Shown here: piece by piece, positions 41,932 through 51,655 of the stretch | How the letters are laid out: every line of letters starts with the position of its first letter | Position numbering within the stretch: position 1 is the first letter of the stretch | Assembly: GCA_963727445.1 (NCBI GenBank) | Contig: CAVSGI010000006.1 | Location: 544,001-608,000 of the forward strand | Source of the DNA: an uncultured delta proteobacterium | GTDB taxonomy: Bacteria; Myxococcota_A; Polyangia; Polyangiales; B10-G4 | Direction: 5' to 3' | Length of the DNA stretch: 64,000 bases | Notes under the pieces: model-generated | Databases searched by the model: none | The model's input: only the letters and a program-made list of their open reading frames with translations | Told to the model about the DNA's origin: nothing | Position numbers and translations under genes: made by a program

Positions 41932-44900
41932 TCGCGCGCTGGCTCGGACGCCACCGACGGTCCGTAGCCTTCGTCTTCGTGTTGCTGGTGGCGGCCGGCG
42001 CCGCCAGCACCTTCTCGCTGCCAGTCGCGCTCTTTCCCCACGTCGACTTTCCCCGCATCGTCGTCTCCGTCGACGCAGGTGACCGACCTGCCGACCGGAT
42101 GGCCATCGAGGTGACGCGGCCAGTGGAAGAGGCGCTGCGCAGCGTGCCCGGTGTGCGTCGGGTGCGGTCACAGACCTCGCGCGGGAGCGCCGAGATCTCC
42201 CTGTCTTTCGACTGGGGGCGCGACATGGTGTCGTCGCTCCTCCTCACCGAGTCCGCGATCACGCGGATCGCGCCGACGCTGCCGAGCGGAACCAGCTTCG
42301 ACGTTCGCCGGATGGATCCCACCGTCTTTCCGGTCATCGCCTACAGCCTCACGTCGGCCAGGCTCTCTCCGACCGAGCTGTACGACATCGCCAAGTACCG
42401 GCTCGCCCCGGCGATCGCGACCATCGAAGGGGTAGGGCATACGACGGTGCTCGGCGGGCGGCAGGAGGAGTATCGCATCACGGTCGATCCCGAGAGGCTC
42501 GCGACCTACGGCCTCACGCTGCAGGACGTCGTGAACGTGGTGGGTGCGAGCAACGTGATCACGGCGGTGGGGCGGATCGAGGACCTGCACAAGCTCTACC
42601 TGGTGATCGCCGAGTCGAACGCCGTGGAGCTGGAGAAGTTGGGGACCATCGTTCTCAAGAGTGGGGAGGATGGGGCGGTGCTGGTGGAGGACGTCGCCAC
42701 CCTGAGCGACGTTGCGGCGCCGAGTTGGACCCGGGTGGCGGCCGACGGACGAGACGCGGTGCTGCTGCAGATCTATCAACAGCCCACTGGCAACACCGTG
42801 GCCGTCGCCCAGGCCGTTCGCTCGCTGATTCGCACCGAGCGCCCGAACCTCCCGCCGTCGCTCGAGATACACGCTTGGTACGACCAGAGTGAGCTGATCC
42901 AGGCGTCGGCGGCTTCGGTTCGCGACGCGGTCATCGTGGGAGTGGCGCTCGCGTGCCTGGTGCTGCTGGTCTTTCTCCGCAGCTTCAGAGTCGCGCTGGT
43001 CGCGCTGATCGTCGTCCCCGGTGTCCTGGCCGTCGCCGCGCTCCTGCTCGAGGTCCTGGGCATGAGCTTCAACATCATGACCCTCGGCGGAATGGCGGCG
43101 GCGGTGGGGCTGATCATCGACGACGCGATCGTGATGATCGAGCACATCCAGGTGCGCCATGCCGCCGCCTCCGGGGCGCTCGCGGCGGGTGAGGAGCTCA
43201 CCCGTCCCCTGGTCGTGTCCTCCACGGTCACGGTGGTCGTCTTCGCCCCCCTCGCGTTCCTCAGCGGGATCACGGGTGCGTTCTTCAAAGCGCTCTCACT
43301 GACCATGGCCTCGAGCCTCATCATCTCCTTCTTCGTCGCATGGCTCTTCGTGCCCATCGTGACCGAACGCCTGGCGTTCACCGGGGAGCACCGCGGGGAG
43401 GATGCGAGCCCGGGCTTGGTGATGCGCACATACGACCGGCTTCTGTCCGCTGTGCTCCGTCGCCCGTGGGTGGTCATTGTCGCGCTGGTGCCGCTCCTCG
43501 GCGCCGGCTGGTTGAGCTATCGCAACCTCGGTTCGGGCTTCATGCCGTCGATGGACGAAGGCGGCTTCATCATCGATTATCGCGCGGCTCCCGGGACCTC
43601 GCTGACCGACACGGACGCGCTCTGTCGCCGCCTCGAAGGCATCCTCGCGGAGATCCCGGAGGTCGATAGCTACTCCCGACGGACCGGCGTTCAGCTCGGT
43701 GGTGGGTTGACGGAAGCCAACGAGGGAGACTTCTTCGTTCGTCTGAAGAACGAGCGCTCGCGCGGCGTCGAGGCGGTGATGGACGACGTGCGCGGGCACG
43801 TGGAAAGAGAGCTCCCCGGGCTCGAGATCGAGCTGGCCCAGTTGATGGAGGATCTGATCGGCGACCTCACCGCAGTGCCGCAGCCCATCGAGATCGAGAT
43901 CTTCGCGGACGACCCCGAGGCGCTCTCGGCGACGGCGAACACAATCGCGGAGAAGATCGCGTCCGTGCCGGGGGTGGTCGACATCAACCCCGGCGTCGTT
44001 CTCGCGGGGGACGCCCTTCACGTGGACGTCGATCCGGTCCGCGCAGCCCTGCAGGGCATGGATCCGGCGAGCATCGCTGCGGCCGTGCGCGATCAGATCG
44101 AAGGGACCATCGCCTCGAACGTCCAACACGACCCCAAGATGATCGGGATCCGGGTCTGGGTCCCCGAACGGCTGCGCGAGACCACCCGCAGCGTCGCCTC
44201 TCTCAGGATCCGCGCGCCCGATGGCCACGTGTTCCCGGTGGGGCGGGTCGCCGAGATTCGCCGGGTGTCAGGCGAGCCGCAGATCTCTCGCGACGACCTG
44301 CGCCGCATGGTCGCGGTGACCGCGCGCATCTCCGGGCGCGACATGGGCTCGGTGGTCGCCGACGTCCAGGAGGTGATCGCGGCGGACGGGGTGATCCCCT
44401 CGGGGATGAGCCATCGCCTGGGCGGCCTCTATGCGGAGCAGCAGAACGCCTTCGTCGGGCTCATCGCCGTCTTCGCCGCAGCCGTGGCGCTGGTGTTCTT
44501 CGTTCTTCTCTTCACCTACGAGAGCTTTCGCGTCGCGGCCAGCATGATGGTCACCACGCTCTTGTCCTTCTGCGCGGTGCTCGCCGGACTCGTCTCGACG
44601 GGGACCGCGCTCGACATCTCCTCGATGATGGGCATGACCATGGTCGTCGGTATCGTCACCGAGGTCTCGGTGTTCTACGTGTCGTCGGTGGCCAACCACG
44701 CCCACGAACAAGAGGCTCTTCGGCTTGCGGCCCTCGAGCGGTTCCGCCCCATCGCCATGACGACCCTCGCCGCGATCCTCGCGCTCATGCCCCTCGCGCT
44801 CGCGATCGGCGAGGGGGCGTCCATGGAGCAGCCCCTCGCCATCGCCGTGGTCTTTGGGCTCGTCGCGCAAATGCCTCTGGTTCTGCTGGTCCTGCCAGCG

Positions 44901-44948
44901 CTTCTGCGGCTCGCAAAGGCCACGAAGGTGCTCCGCAGAGCGAGTTAA
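41928..44948 (+). CDS. RND efflux permease (AcrB/CusA/CzcA superfamily)
   Basis: 1006 aa; LPVALFP, NIMTLGG, IIDDAIV, FMPSMDEG, RFRPIAMT motifs. Confidence 0.95.
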   Translation: MIARWLGRHRRSVAFVFVLLVAAGAASTFSLPVALFPHVDFPRIVVSVDAGDRPADRMAIEVTRPVEEALRSVPGVRRVRSQTSRGSAEISLSFDWGRDMVSSLLLTESAITRIAPTLPSGTSFDVRRMDPTVFPVIAYSLTSARLSPTELYDIAKYRLAPAIATIEGVGHTTVLGGRQEEYRITVDPERLATYGLTLQDVVNVVGASNVITAVGRIEDLHKLYLVIAESNAVELEKLGTIVLKSGEDGAVLVEDVATLSDVAAPSWTRVAADGRDAVLLQIYQQPTGNTVAVAQAVRSLIRTERPNLPPSLEIHAWYDQSELIQASAASVRDAVIVGVALACLVLLVFLRSFRVALVALIVVPGVLAVAALLLEVLGMSFNIMTLGGMAAAVGLIIDDAIVMIEHIQVRHAAASGALAAGEELTRPLVVSSTVTVVVFAPLAFLSGITGAFFKALSLTMASSLIISFFVAWLFVPIVTERLAFTGEHRGEDASPGLVMRTYDRLLSAVLRRPWVVIVALVPLLGAGWLSYRNLGSGFMPSMDEGGFIIDYRAAPGTSLTDTDALCRRLEGILAEIPEVDSYSRRTGVQLGGGLTEANEGDFFVRLKNERSRGVEAVMDDVRGHVERELPGLEIELAQLMEDLIGDLTAVPQPIEIEIFADDPEALSATANTIAEKIASVPGVVDINPGVVLAGDALHVDVDPVRAALQGMDPASIAAAVRDQIEGTIASNVQHDPKMIGIRVWVPERLRETTRSVASLRIRAPDGHVFPVGRVAEIRRVSGEPQISRDDLRRMVAVTARISGRDMGSVVADVQEVIAADGVIPSGMSHRLGGLYAEQQNAFVGLIAVFAAAVALVFFVLLFTYESFRVAASMMVTTLLSFCAVLAGLVSTGTALDISSMMGMTMVVGIVTEVSVFYVSSVANHAHEQEALRLAALERFRPIAMTTLAAILALMPLALAIGEGASMEQPLAIAVVFGLVAQMPLVLLVLPALLRLAKATKVLRRAS

Positions 44949-44988
44949 GTGGACTTCGGGGCGGGGGGCATTCATGTACCCGCCGCCG

Positions 44989-47109
44989 ATGCTTCGATGG
45001 ATAGCCCCGACGGTCGCGCTCGTGCTCGCTGCATGTGGCGTCGACGCGGTCGACGGTGCGGAGGCCGCCATCGTCGGCGGGACGCGCTCCGAGCGCGATT
45101 ACGTGGTCTACATCGAGGGCGTGCGAGACGGGCTGACCTTCAGCTGCTCGGGGACGATCATCGGCGACTACGCGATCCTCACGGCGCGTCACTGCGTGAT
45201 GGGGGGTGGTGCGCGCTACGACGTCCCCCTGCCGGTCGACACCCTCACCATCCGCTTCGGAGGCCACGCCGACCGACCGACGCGTGAGCTTCGGGTCGCA
45301 GAGGTCGTCACCGCGGGCGGCGAACGGCGCAGCTATCAATGGGAGGGCAAGGACCTCGCGGTGATCATCGCCGAGGAGCATCTGGGTGACCTGCAGACGG
45401 TCGTCGCGCCCGACCTGGTCTCGCCCGATGCCCCGGTGACCCTCGTCGGCTACGGCACGCGCGGCGGCGTCACCGGTGCGGGCGAGCGCTGGGAAGGAAC
45501 CACGGTGGTCGACCTCGTCGCCCCGGTCAGCCTGGATCCGGCGGCGCGCTACTTCGGCTTCCTCTCGACCGACGAAGGAGAAGTGACCGGCTGTCCGGGG
45601 GACAGCGGCGGCCCGGTGCTCGACGCGTCCGACGAGGTGGTGGGCGTGATGAGCACCTACGTCCGCTGTGCGCCGGGGAGCGTCAACTATCACGCCAGCC
45701 CCTACGCGAACCGGGGGCTCATCCGGCGCGCGCTCGCGCGCGTGCCCGGCTGCGCGCAGATCGATCCCGGCGGCGGATGCGAGCCCCTCGAGGTGACCCC
45801 GCTCTTCGAGGAGGTCGTGACCACGGGCGTCGACACGGACGAGGTCGCCTTCTTGGCCGGCGACGTCGTGGTGCCCGTGCCGGGCGGCGCGCGCATCTTC
45901 GTGCCGGGCGCAGGAGCGCCGACCACCGTCGACATCGCCGCGAGCGGCGTGTCCGGCGTCCCCGCGCTCGCCGCCACCGATACCCTCCTCGCGCTCGGCG
46001 AAGGCGACGCGGTGGCGCTCTTCGACGCGAGCGGGGCACACGCCTCCCTCGGCTCGGTCGTTCTGGGGAGCGCTGGGGCGCCCATGACGGCGCTGGCGCT
46101 CGGCGGGGACACGCTCGTCGCGGGCTTCGAGGGCTTCTATTCGGACGAGGGCGACGACCGGGCGGGGAGCGCGTACGTGTCGGCGGACGTCGCTGTCGCG
46201 ACCGGCGAGCCTGTCGCCACCAGCGTGTCGCCCAGCTTCGCCTCGGCGCTCGCGGTGAGCGGCACCGCCTTCGCGGTCGGGGAGCGGTGGGCGAGCGACG
46301 ACGAAGAAGCGCAAGGCCAGGTCCATCTCTATGAGTGGATGGGCGGCGCGTTCAGCGAGACCGCGACCCTCGTCGCCGACGATCCCCAGCCCTTCGACGA
46401 GCTGGGCGCGAGCCTCGATTGGGACGGGGACACGCTCGTCGCCGGCGCGCCGGGGGACGACACGGTGAACGGCGACGCCGGCGCGCTCTACGTCTTCGAT
46501 ACCCGCGACCTCGGCGCGCCGCCGCTGAAGCTCCTGCCCGAGAGCGGTCCGAGTCATGGGGCCGAGCTCGGTCGCAGCGTGGCGGTGGACGGCGATTACA
46601 TCGTCGCGGGCGCCCCGGGAGACACGCAGCGCGCGGGCGCGGTGTACGTCTTCTACCGCAGGCCCGGTGGATGGGGCCGGCTCGGGCGGATCACGCCAAG
46701 CGAGACCACGCCTCCGCGTTTCGGCACCGCGGTCGCCATCGCCGGGGACCGGGTCGCGGTGCTGGCGACGCCGAGCACCCGCGGCGGAACACAGGACGCG
46801 GCGCTCTCGCTGTTCCAGATCGCCGGCGCCTGCACCGGGATGCCGGCCGCGCCCCCCGCCTGCGTGCCGCCGCCGGCGCCCGGAGCCGAAGACGCGGGCA
46901 CCCTGCCGGACGCGGGCATGCTGGACGCAAGTTCGCCGCCAACCCCCGACGCCGGTGAGGACGCCGGGGGTGGCGACGCCACGGTGTCTCCGAGCGATGA
47001 CACCGCGGGAGGTTGTGGCTGTCGCGCTTCGCCGGGTGCGGGAGACGCGCTGCCGTGGGCCGTGTTGCTGCTGTTGGTGGCCACGCGGCGGCGACGACAG
47101 GTCGCGTAG
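44989..47109 (+). CDS. Trypsin-like S1 protease with FG-GAP repeats and MYXO-CTERM
   Basis: IVGG, LTARHC, DLAV, GDSGGP; VAGAPG...GALYVF repeats; tail GGCGCRA...LLLLVATRRRR. Confidence 0.88.
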   Translation: MLRWIAPTVALVLAACGVDAVDGAEAAIVGGTRSERDYVVYIEGVRDGLTFSCSGTIIGDYAILTARHCVMGGGARYDVPLPVDTLTIRFGGHADRPTRELRVAEVVTAGGERRSYQWEGKDLAVIIAEEHLGDLQTVVAPDLVSPDAPVTLVGYGTRGGVTGAGERWEGTTVVDLVAPVSLDPAARYFGFLSTDEGEVTGCPGDSGGPVLDASDEVVGVMSTYVRCAPGSVNYHASPYANRGLIRRALARVPGCAQIDPGGGCEPLEVTPLFEEVVTTGVDTDEVAFLAGDVVVPVPGGARIFVPGAGAPTTVDIAASGVSGVPALAATDTLLALGEGDAVALFDASGAHASLGSVVLGSAGAPMTALALGGDTLVAGFEGFYSDEGDDRAGSAYVSADVAVATGEPVATSVSPSFASALAVSGTAFAVGERWASDDEEAQGQVHLYEWMGGAFSETATLVADDPQPFDELGASLDWDGDTLVAGAPGDDTVNGDAGALYVFDTRDLGAPPLKLLPESGPSHGAELGRSVAVDGDYIVAGAPGDTQRAGAVYVFYRRPGGWGRLGRITPSETTPPRFGTAVAIAGDRVAVLATPSTRGGTQDAALSLFQIAGACTGMPAAPPACVPPPAPGAEDAGTLPDAGMLDASSPPTPDAGEDAGGGDATVSPSDDTAGGCGCRASPGAGDALPWAVLLLLVATRRRRQVA

Positions 47110-47126
47110 CCGCCGCGGGCCATACG

Positions 47127-49214
47127 TCAGTCGAGCGGCGTGATGGTGACGCGGACGACGTCTCCCACCGGCGGATAGGACCACACCGGCGCGCCATCGG
47201 CGTTGCGGACCGTGCCGTCACCCTCCGCCGCGCCGGTGTTCGGCGCCGACTGCGCGGGCGCCTGGTCAGCGCCGAGGGCGCTCGCCTGGTTCTGCTCGCT
47301 GCCGGCGTCCCAGGCGCCGAGCATCGCCGCCACGTCGGTGGCGATGTCCGCATCGCTGCGCACGGCGCCGGTGCTGTCGACGAGCTCGATGCCGCTCTCC
47401 GGGAAGGCGAGGAAGGTGTCGTTCGAGGGAACGATCATCGAGGCCACGCTCAGAAAACGGTGCGTCGCGTCCATGGTCACGGTGAAGGTGTAGCCGTCAC
47501 CCGCCATGATCGGGCCGCTGCCGCCGCCGTCGCGCATCGCCTGGGCGCCTGCGGACAGGACGCCGGAGGCGCCGTCGATCTCGGTGACCAGATCCGCGGG
47601 GCTGCCGTCCTCGGCGAGCTTCTGCAGGCCCGCCGACGCCGGCATCCCTTCGGTGAAGAGGCTCGCGGTGTCGTCGTGCACGGCGTGGAACATCGGGCCG
47701 AGGACACCCGGATAGGCCGTGCCATCGCTGGTGTTCGTCACCTGGACCTGGAAGTCCATGCCGCTGGTGTGGGTGATGGTGAGGTCGACGAAGCCGCCGG
47801 CCATCGCACCCGCGAGGTCGTTGGTGCTGTCGTCGTAGAGACGCACGTTGTCGTCGGGATCCGCCGCACCGTCGCCGGGCGCCGCCTGGCGGGGCGCCTG
47901 GTTCGGCCCGACGCCGGGGACCTCGTTGGCCTCGGTGCCAGCATCCCAGACCGCGATCATCTTGCGCATCTCGGCTTCCACCTCCGCCGCCGGGCGAGGG
48001 GCACCCGTACTGTCGAGGAGGGCGAGACCGGAAAAGCCCAAAAACGCGTCGTTGCTCTGACCGATCATGGTCGCGATGGTCAGAAGCGGATGGTCGCTGT
48101 CCGGCGTGACGGTGAGCGCGTAGCTCTTGCCGGGGGTGGCGGGGCCGGCGGAGGAGTCTCCGACCGGAATGGCCATCGCTCCCGCCATGAGCACTCCGCT
48201 CGCGCCCGTGTAGGAAGTGACCAGCGTGGATGGGTTGCCTTGTTCCGCGAGGTCTTCCAGTCCCATGCCGTCGTCGGGCGTGCCGGCCGCGAACACGGCG
48301 ACCGTGTCGTCGTGCAATGCGTAGAACACTGGCGAGATCGGGGAGACGAGCGTCCCGCGATCGCCGGAGACGTTGTCGATGGTGATGGTGTAGTCACCAC
48401 TCGACTCGCTGACCGAGATGCCGATGATGTCGGCCGGGAGCGGGATGGCGCGGGTGTTGTCGGAGAACGCGCGGACGACGCCTTCGGTCGCGCCCTGACC
48501 GGGCATGGACTGCCGTGGTGCCTGGTCAGGACCGAGGTGAGGCGCCTCGTCGATCTCGGTGCCCGCGTTCCACAGGGCGATCATGTCCGTCACGTCGCGC
48601 TCGGCGAGGGGGTTGCCCATGGAGTCGAAGAGGGGGATGCCGTCGCCGTTCGGCGCCACGAAGACGTCGTTCGACTGACCCACCATGGAGGCGAAGGAGA
48701 GGTTGGGCATGTCCGGGGTCGCGGTGATGTCGATCTCGTACGCGTCGCCGGGGAGGATCGGTCCGGGGTCGGTCGCGCCCATGGGCATGTTGAAGACGCC
48801 GCTCGCGCCCGAGGGAAGCGCCGCCGCGAGCGTGCTCGGGTCCGCGTCCTCGGCGATGTTCTCGAGGCCGTCGCCGTAGTCGGCCGAACCCTCCATGAAC
48901 AGGGGGTCGGGATCGCTGTGCAGGACCCAGACGCCCGGGCTCAGGGGTGTGACGTAGCCTCCGCCCGTCGCGTTCTCGATGCGCAAACGGAAGTGGGCGC
49001 CGGTGCCGGCGTCCCCCCCGCCATCGACGCTGCCGTCGGTCGAGCCGTCGGGGCTCGCATCGACAGAGCCGTCGGGCGAGCCGTCGGGCGAGCCGTCGCT
49101 CATGACCGAGGAGTCGGTAGAAGCGTCCATCATGACCGTGCTGTCGTCGCCGCAGCCCAGGGCGAGCCCCGGCGCCACGATGAGCACGAATGCTGATCGA
49201 ATAAGTGAATTCAT
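47127..49214 (-). CDS. Lipoprotein with three tandem Spondin_N domains
   Basis: Three copies of L..(I/L)AE..., (S/T)M...SND.F, W(D/N)AG(T/S)E; lipobox ALGC. Confidence 0.85.
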   Translation of the reverse strand: MNSLIRSAFVLIVAPGLALGCGDDSTVMMDASTDSSVMSDGSPDGSPDGSVDASPDGSTDGSVDGGGDAGTGAHFRLRIENATGGGYVTPLSPGVWVLHSDPDPLFMEGSADYGDGLENIAEDADPSTLAAALPSGASGVFNMPMGATDPGPILPGDAYEIDITATPDMPNLSFASMVGQSNDVFVAPNGDGIPLFDSMGNPLAERDVTDMIALWNAGTEIDEAPHLGPDQAPRQSMPGQGATEGVVRAFSDNTRAIPLPADIIGISVSESSGDYTITIDNVSGDRGTLVSPISPVFYALHDDTVAVFAAGTPDDGMGLEDLAEQGNPSTLVTSYTGASGVLMAGAMAIPVGDSSAGPATPGKSYALTVTPDSDHPLLTIATMIGQSNDAFLGFSGLALLDSTGAPRPAAEVEAEMRKMIAVWDAGTEANEVPGVGPNQAPRQAAPGDGAADPDDNVRLYDDSTNDLAGAMAGGFVDLTITHTSGMDFQVQVTNTSDGTAYPGVLGPMFHAVHDDTASLFTEGMPASAGLQKLAEDGSPADLVTEIDGASGVLSAGAQAMRDGGGSGPIMAGDGYTFTVTMDATHRFLSVASMIVPSNDTFLAFPESGIELVDSTGAVRSDADIATDVAAMLGAWDAGSEQNQASALGADQAPAQSAPNTGAAEGDGTVRNADGAPVWSYPPVGDVVRVTITPLD

Positions 49215-49286
49215 TTTTCCTCCGCGAGTGGAGGGCGCGCCAAACGTCCTCACGCCCCAAGCGTGGCGGCACGTCCCACGGGGGGC

Positions 49287-49312
49287 TTACGAGTGCGGCG
49301 GACGCAAGTTAC
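49287..49312 (-). promoter_or_regulatory. Putative ECF sigma promoter for the spondin gene
   Basis: Minus strand GTAAC-N16-CGTAA matches the AAC...CGT ECF consensus. Confidence 0.55.
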
Positions 49313-49442
49313 GCACGCGTCGATCTTTTTCGGGAAGGTGCGCCAGAGGCCGCCGTAACCCCTAGTCGATAGCGCGCTCGACACCGCTGCTTCCCGCCGT
49401 TTGGGGCGCGTTCAGGGGCTCGCCGAAAGGGAGGATTACGTC

Positions 49443-50648
49443 ATGATGTACGTTGGATTTTTCGTTCTGGTGCTGGCCCTCGTCGCCAGCGTGTTCGGCT
49501 TTCTTCAGCTCCGGAAGATGAAGGCCATCAACTCTGCACCGAAGAAGCGCACGGGGGAGCTTCGGAGCAATCCCGCCGCGGCTGGGATGGTGGCTTGCGA
49601 AGGTGCGATCCGCGCCGAGTCGCCGCTCGTCGCCCCTTGCTCGGGCCGCGCCTGTCTCTACTACGAAGTGGAGATCAAGCAGGAGTGGGAAAAGCACGTT
49701 CAGACCGAGAACGGCAGCAAGACCCAGAAGGGCAAGGACACCGCCCACACCGACCGGACGGGCAGCGTCTTCCTGCTCGACGACGGATTGGGCGCGACCC
49801 AGGTCGACGCGCGTGAGAACGTCGACTCGAAGCTCGAGAAGTCCTTCGAGGAGAAGAAGAGCTACGGCTGGGGTGACATCACCTTCGGCAACTACACCAC
49901 GCACGTGAACCGGCCGAGCGATGGCGACAAGCACGCGATCGCGACTTACTGCGTCGAAAAGATCGTTCCCGCGGAGGGCTCCATGTTCGTGGTCGGCGAG
50001 TACGACGGCAACGTCGTGAAGCGTAAGAGCTCGCTCGGCGGCAAGCTCATCCTCGCCCGGGAAGGCATGGCCGCGCTCGTCGGTGCCACCAAGCGCAACA
50101 TGATCATCGGCTTCGCCGCGGCGGGTCTGCTCCTGCCGGTCGGCGGCGCGATGGCCATCTTCGGCGACGCGCCGGAGGCCCCAGCGGACACCTGCGCGTC
50201 GATGCAGGACGACATCGAAGAGGCATGCCTGGGGCGGCTCTACGGCGCCGACGACGTCACCTACGCGTGGACCGTCACCGAGGCCGGCGACTACCGCTTC
50301 GACGCGGTGGGCACGGGGACCGACCCCGTGATGCGTCTGTGGCCCGACGTCCAGGTGCGCGACGCCGCGGGCGGCGTGCTCTTCTCGATGAGCGCCACCG
50401 ATGGCGCGCCCGTCAGCCAGAGCGCGCACTTCGAGCCCGGCGTCTACACCATCGCCGTCAACGACACCCACTTCGGCTGGGCGGACAACCTCGAGGGGGG
50501 CGCCGGCTTCAGCCTGGAGATCGACGCCATCGCGGCCGACCCCGCGACCGAGACCGGCACCGGCACCGCCGCCACCGATGAAGGGGAGGGCGAGACGCCC
50601 ACCACCACCACCGAGGTGATCACCGGCGAGGCGCCCACCGCGGGCTGA
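49443..50648 (+). CDS. Membrane protein with GIDE-like domain and C-terminal PPC-like beta domain
   Basis: N-terminal TM; PLVAPCSGRACLYY, FLLDDG.G...VD, EKIV...FVVG; second TM; PGVYTIAV. Confidence 0.7.
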   Translation: MMYVGFFVLVLALVASVFGFLQLRKMKAINSAPKKRTGELRSNPAAAGMVACEGAIRAESPLVAPCSGRACLYYEVEIKQEWEKHVQTENGSKTQKGKDTAHTDRTGSVFLLDDGLGATQVDARENVDSKLEKSFEEKKSYGWGDITFGNYTTHVNRPSDGDKHAIATYCVEKIVPAEGSMFVVGEYDGNVVKRKSSLGGKLILAREGMAALVGATKRNMIIGFAAAGLLLPVGGAMAIFGDAPEAPADTCASMQDDIEEACLGRLYGADDVTYAWTVTEAGDYRFDAVGTGTDPVMRLWPDVQVRDAAGGVLFSMSATDGAPVSQSAHFEPGVYTIAVNDTHFGWADNLEGGAGFSLEIDAIAADPATETGTGTAATDEGEGETPTTTTEVITGEAPTAG

Positions 50649-50680
50649 AGGCGCGCGTCCGACGACGCGATCCGATGCGG

Positions 50681-50712
50681 AGCCCGTCGCGCCCCTGGCG
50701 CGGCGGGCTTTT
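50681..50712 (+). terminator. Intrinsic terminator hairpin between convergent genes
   Basis: Stem AGCCCGTCGCGCC / GGCGCGGCGGGCT (one G-U pair), 3-nt loop, short T run. Confidence 0.65.
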
Positions 50713-50755
50713 CGCGTTCAGTGGGCGAAGTCGGCGCGCCGCAGCGAAGCTCGCC

Positions 50756-51628
50756 TCAACCCGCGGAGGGTATCCACGCGGCGGCGATCAGCGCCTTCAG
50801 CCGCTGCGGATCCGTCGCGCTCGTCTTGCACATGAAGCCGCTCTTGTGGGCGAAGTGCACGTCGTCCTCGCCCTCGACCCGTGAGAAGTCGAGCTGCGGA
50901 TGGTCCTCGTAGCGCTGGATCCCATACCCCTCGCCCCGCCGATCCGGATAGACGAGGGCTGCGATCACTTCGCCGAGCGCGTGGGCGCGGACGTAGCCGG
51001 CGAGGGACCCGCTCGGCTCGTCGGGGAGGGGATCGGTGCGCGGCAGGAACACGGCCTCGATCGACTCACCGCCCTGGTCGACGGACCAGCGCTTCACGTG
51101 CGCGTCGGCGAAGGCCAGGCGCTCGTGCGAGGTGCGCAGATAGTCGAGGAGGTCCTGGCCGACGAAGCGCATGTACTCGTAGAGCGGATCCCCTTCGCCG
51201 AGCTCGGTCTTGGCCGCGAAGCGCCTGAGGAGCGTCATGTCGATGGGCGAGTTGAGCTGCGAGATCGCCCGCCGCGGAACGCCCAGATGCTCCGCGGTCT
51301 TCTTCGGCCCGCGCGAGTCGAACCACTCGGCGGGCTCGAGCCAGTCGCAGAAGACCCGTGCGTCCTCGTAGAGCCCGAGATGTTCGAGGACCAGGCTCAG
51401 GGCGCAGGTGGGCGGATGCTCGCGCGGGAAGTGGTGGTGATCGAAGTTCATCCGCTCGGGGGCGTGCTCGCCTCCCACGTCCACCACGGCGACGCCCGCG
51501 TCGCGCAGATCCGCGTCGGTCGGGACGCGACGCACCACGGGCGCGCCATGCTCGGCGATGAGGGCGCAGACGGCCAGGAGGTCGTCTTTGTGCGCACCGC
51601 CCGGGTGGGTGAGGATGGTGTGGATCAT
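50756..51628 (-). CDS. MYG1 (UPF0160) family protein
   Basis: THPGGAHKDD, VVDVGG, NFDHH, FAHKSGF motifs. Confidence 0.85.
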   Translation of the reverse strand: MIHTILTHPGGAHKDDLLAVCALIAEHGAPVVRRVPTDADLRDAGVAVVDVGGEHAPERMNFDHHHFPREHPPTCALSLVLEHLGLYEDARVFCDWLEPAEWFDSRGPKKTAEHLGVPRRAISQLNSPIDMTLLRRFAAKTELGEGDPLYEYMRFVGQDLLDYLRTSHERLAFADAHVKRWSVDQGGESIEAVFLPRTDPLPDEPSGSLAGYVRAHALGEVIAALVYPDRRGEGYGIQRYEDHPQLDFSRVEGEDDVHFAHKSGFMCKTSATDPQRLKALIAAAWIPSAG

Positions 51629-51655
51629 CGAGAGGCGTTCAGGACGCCGGCGCGA

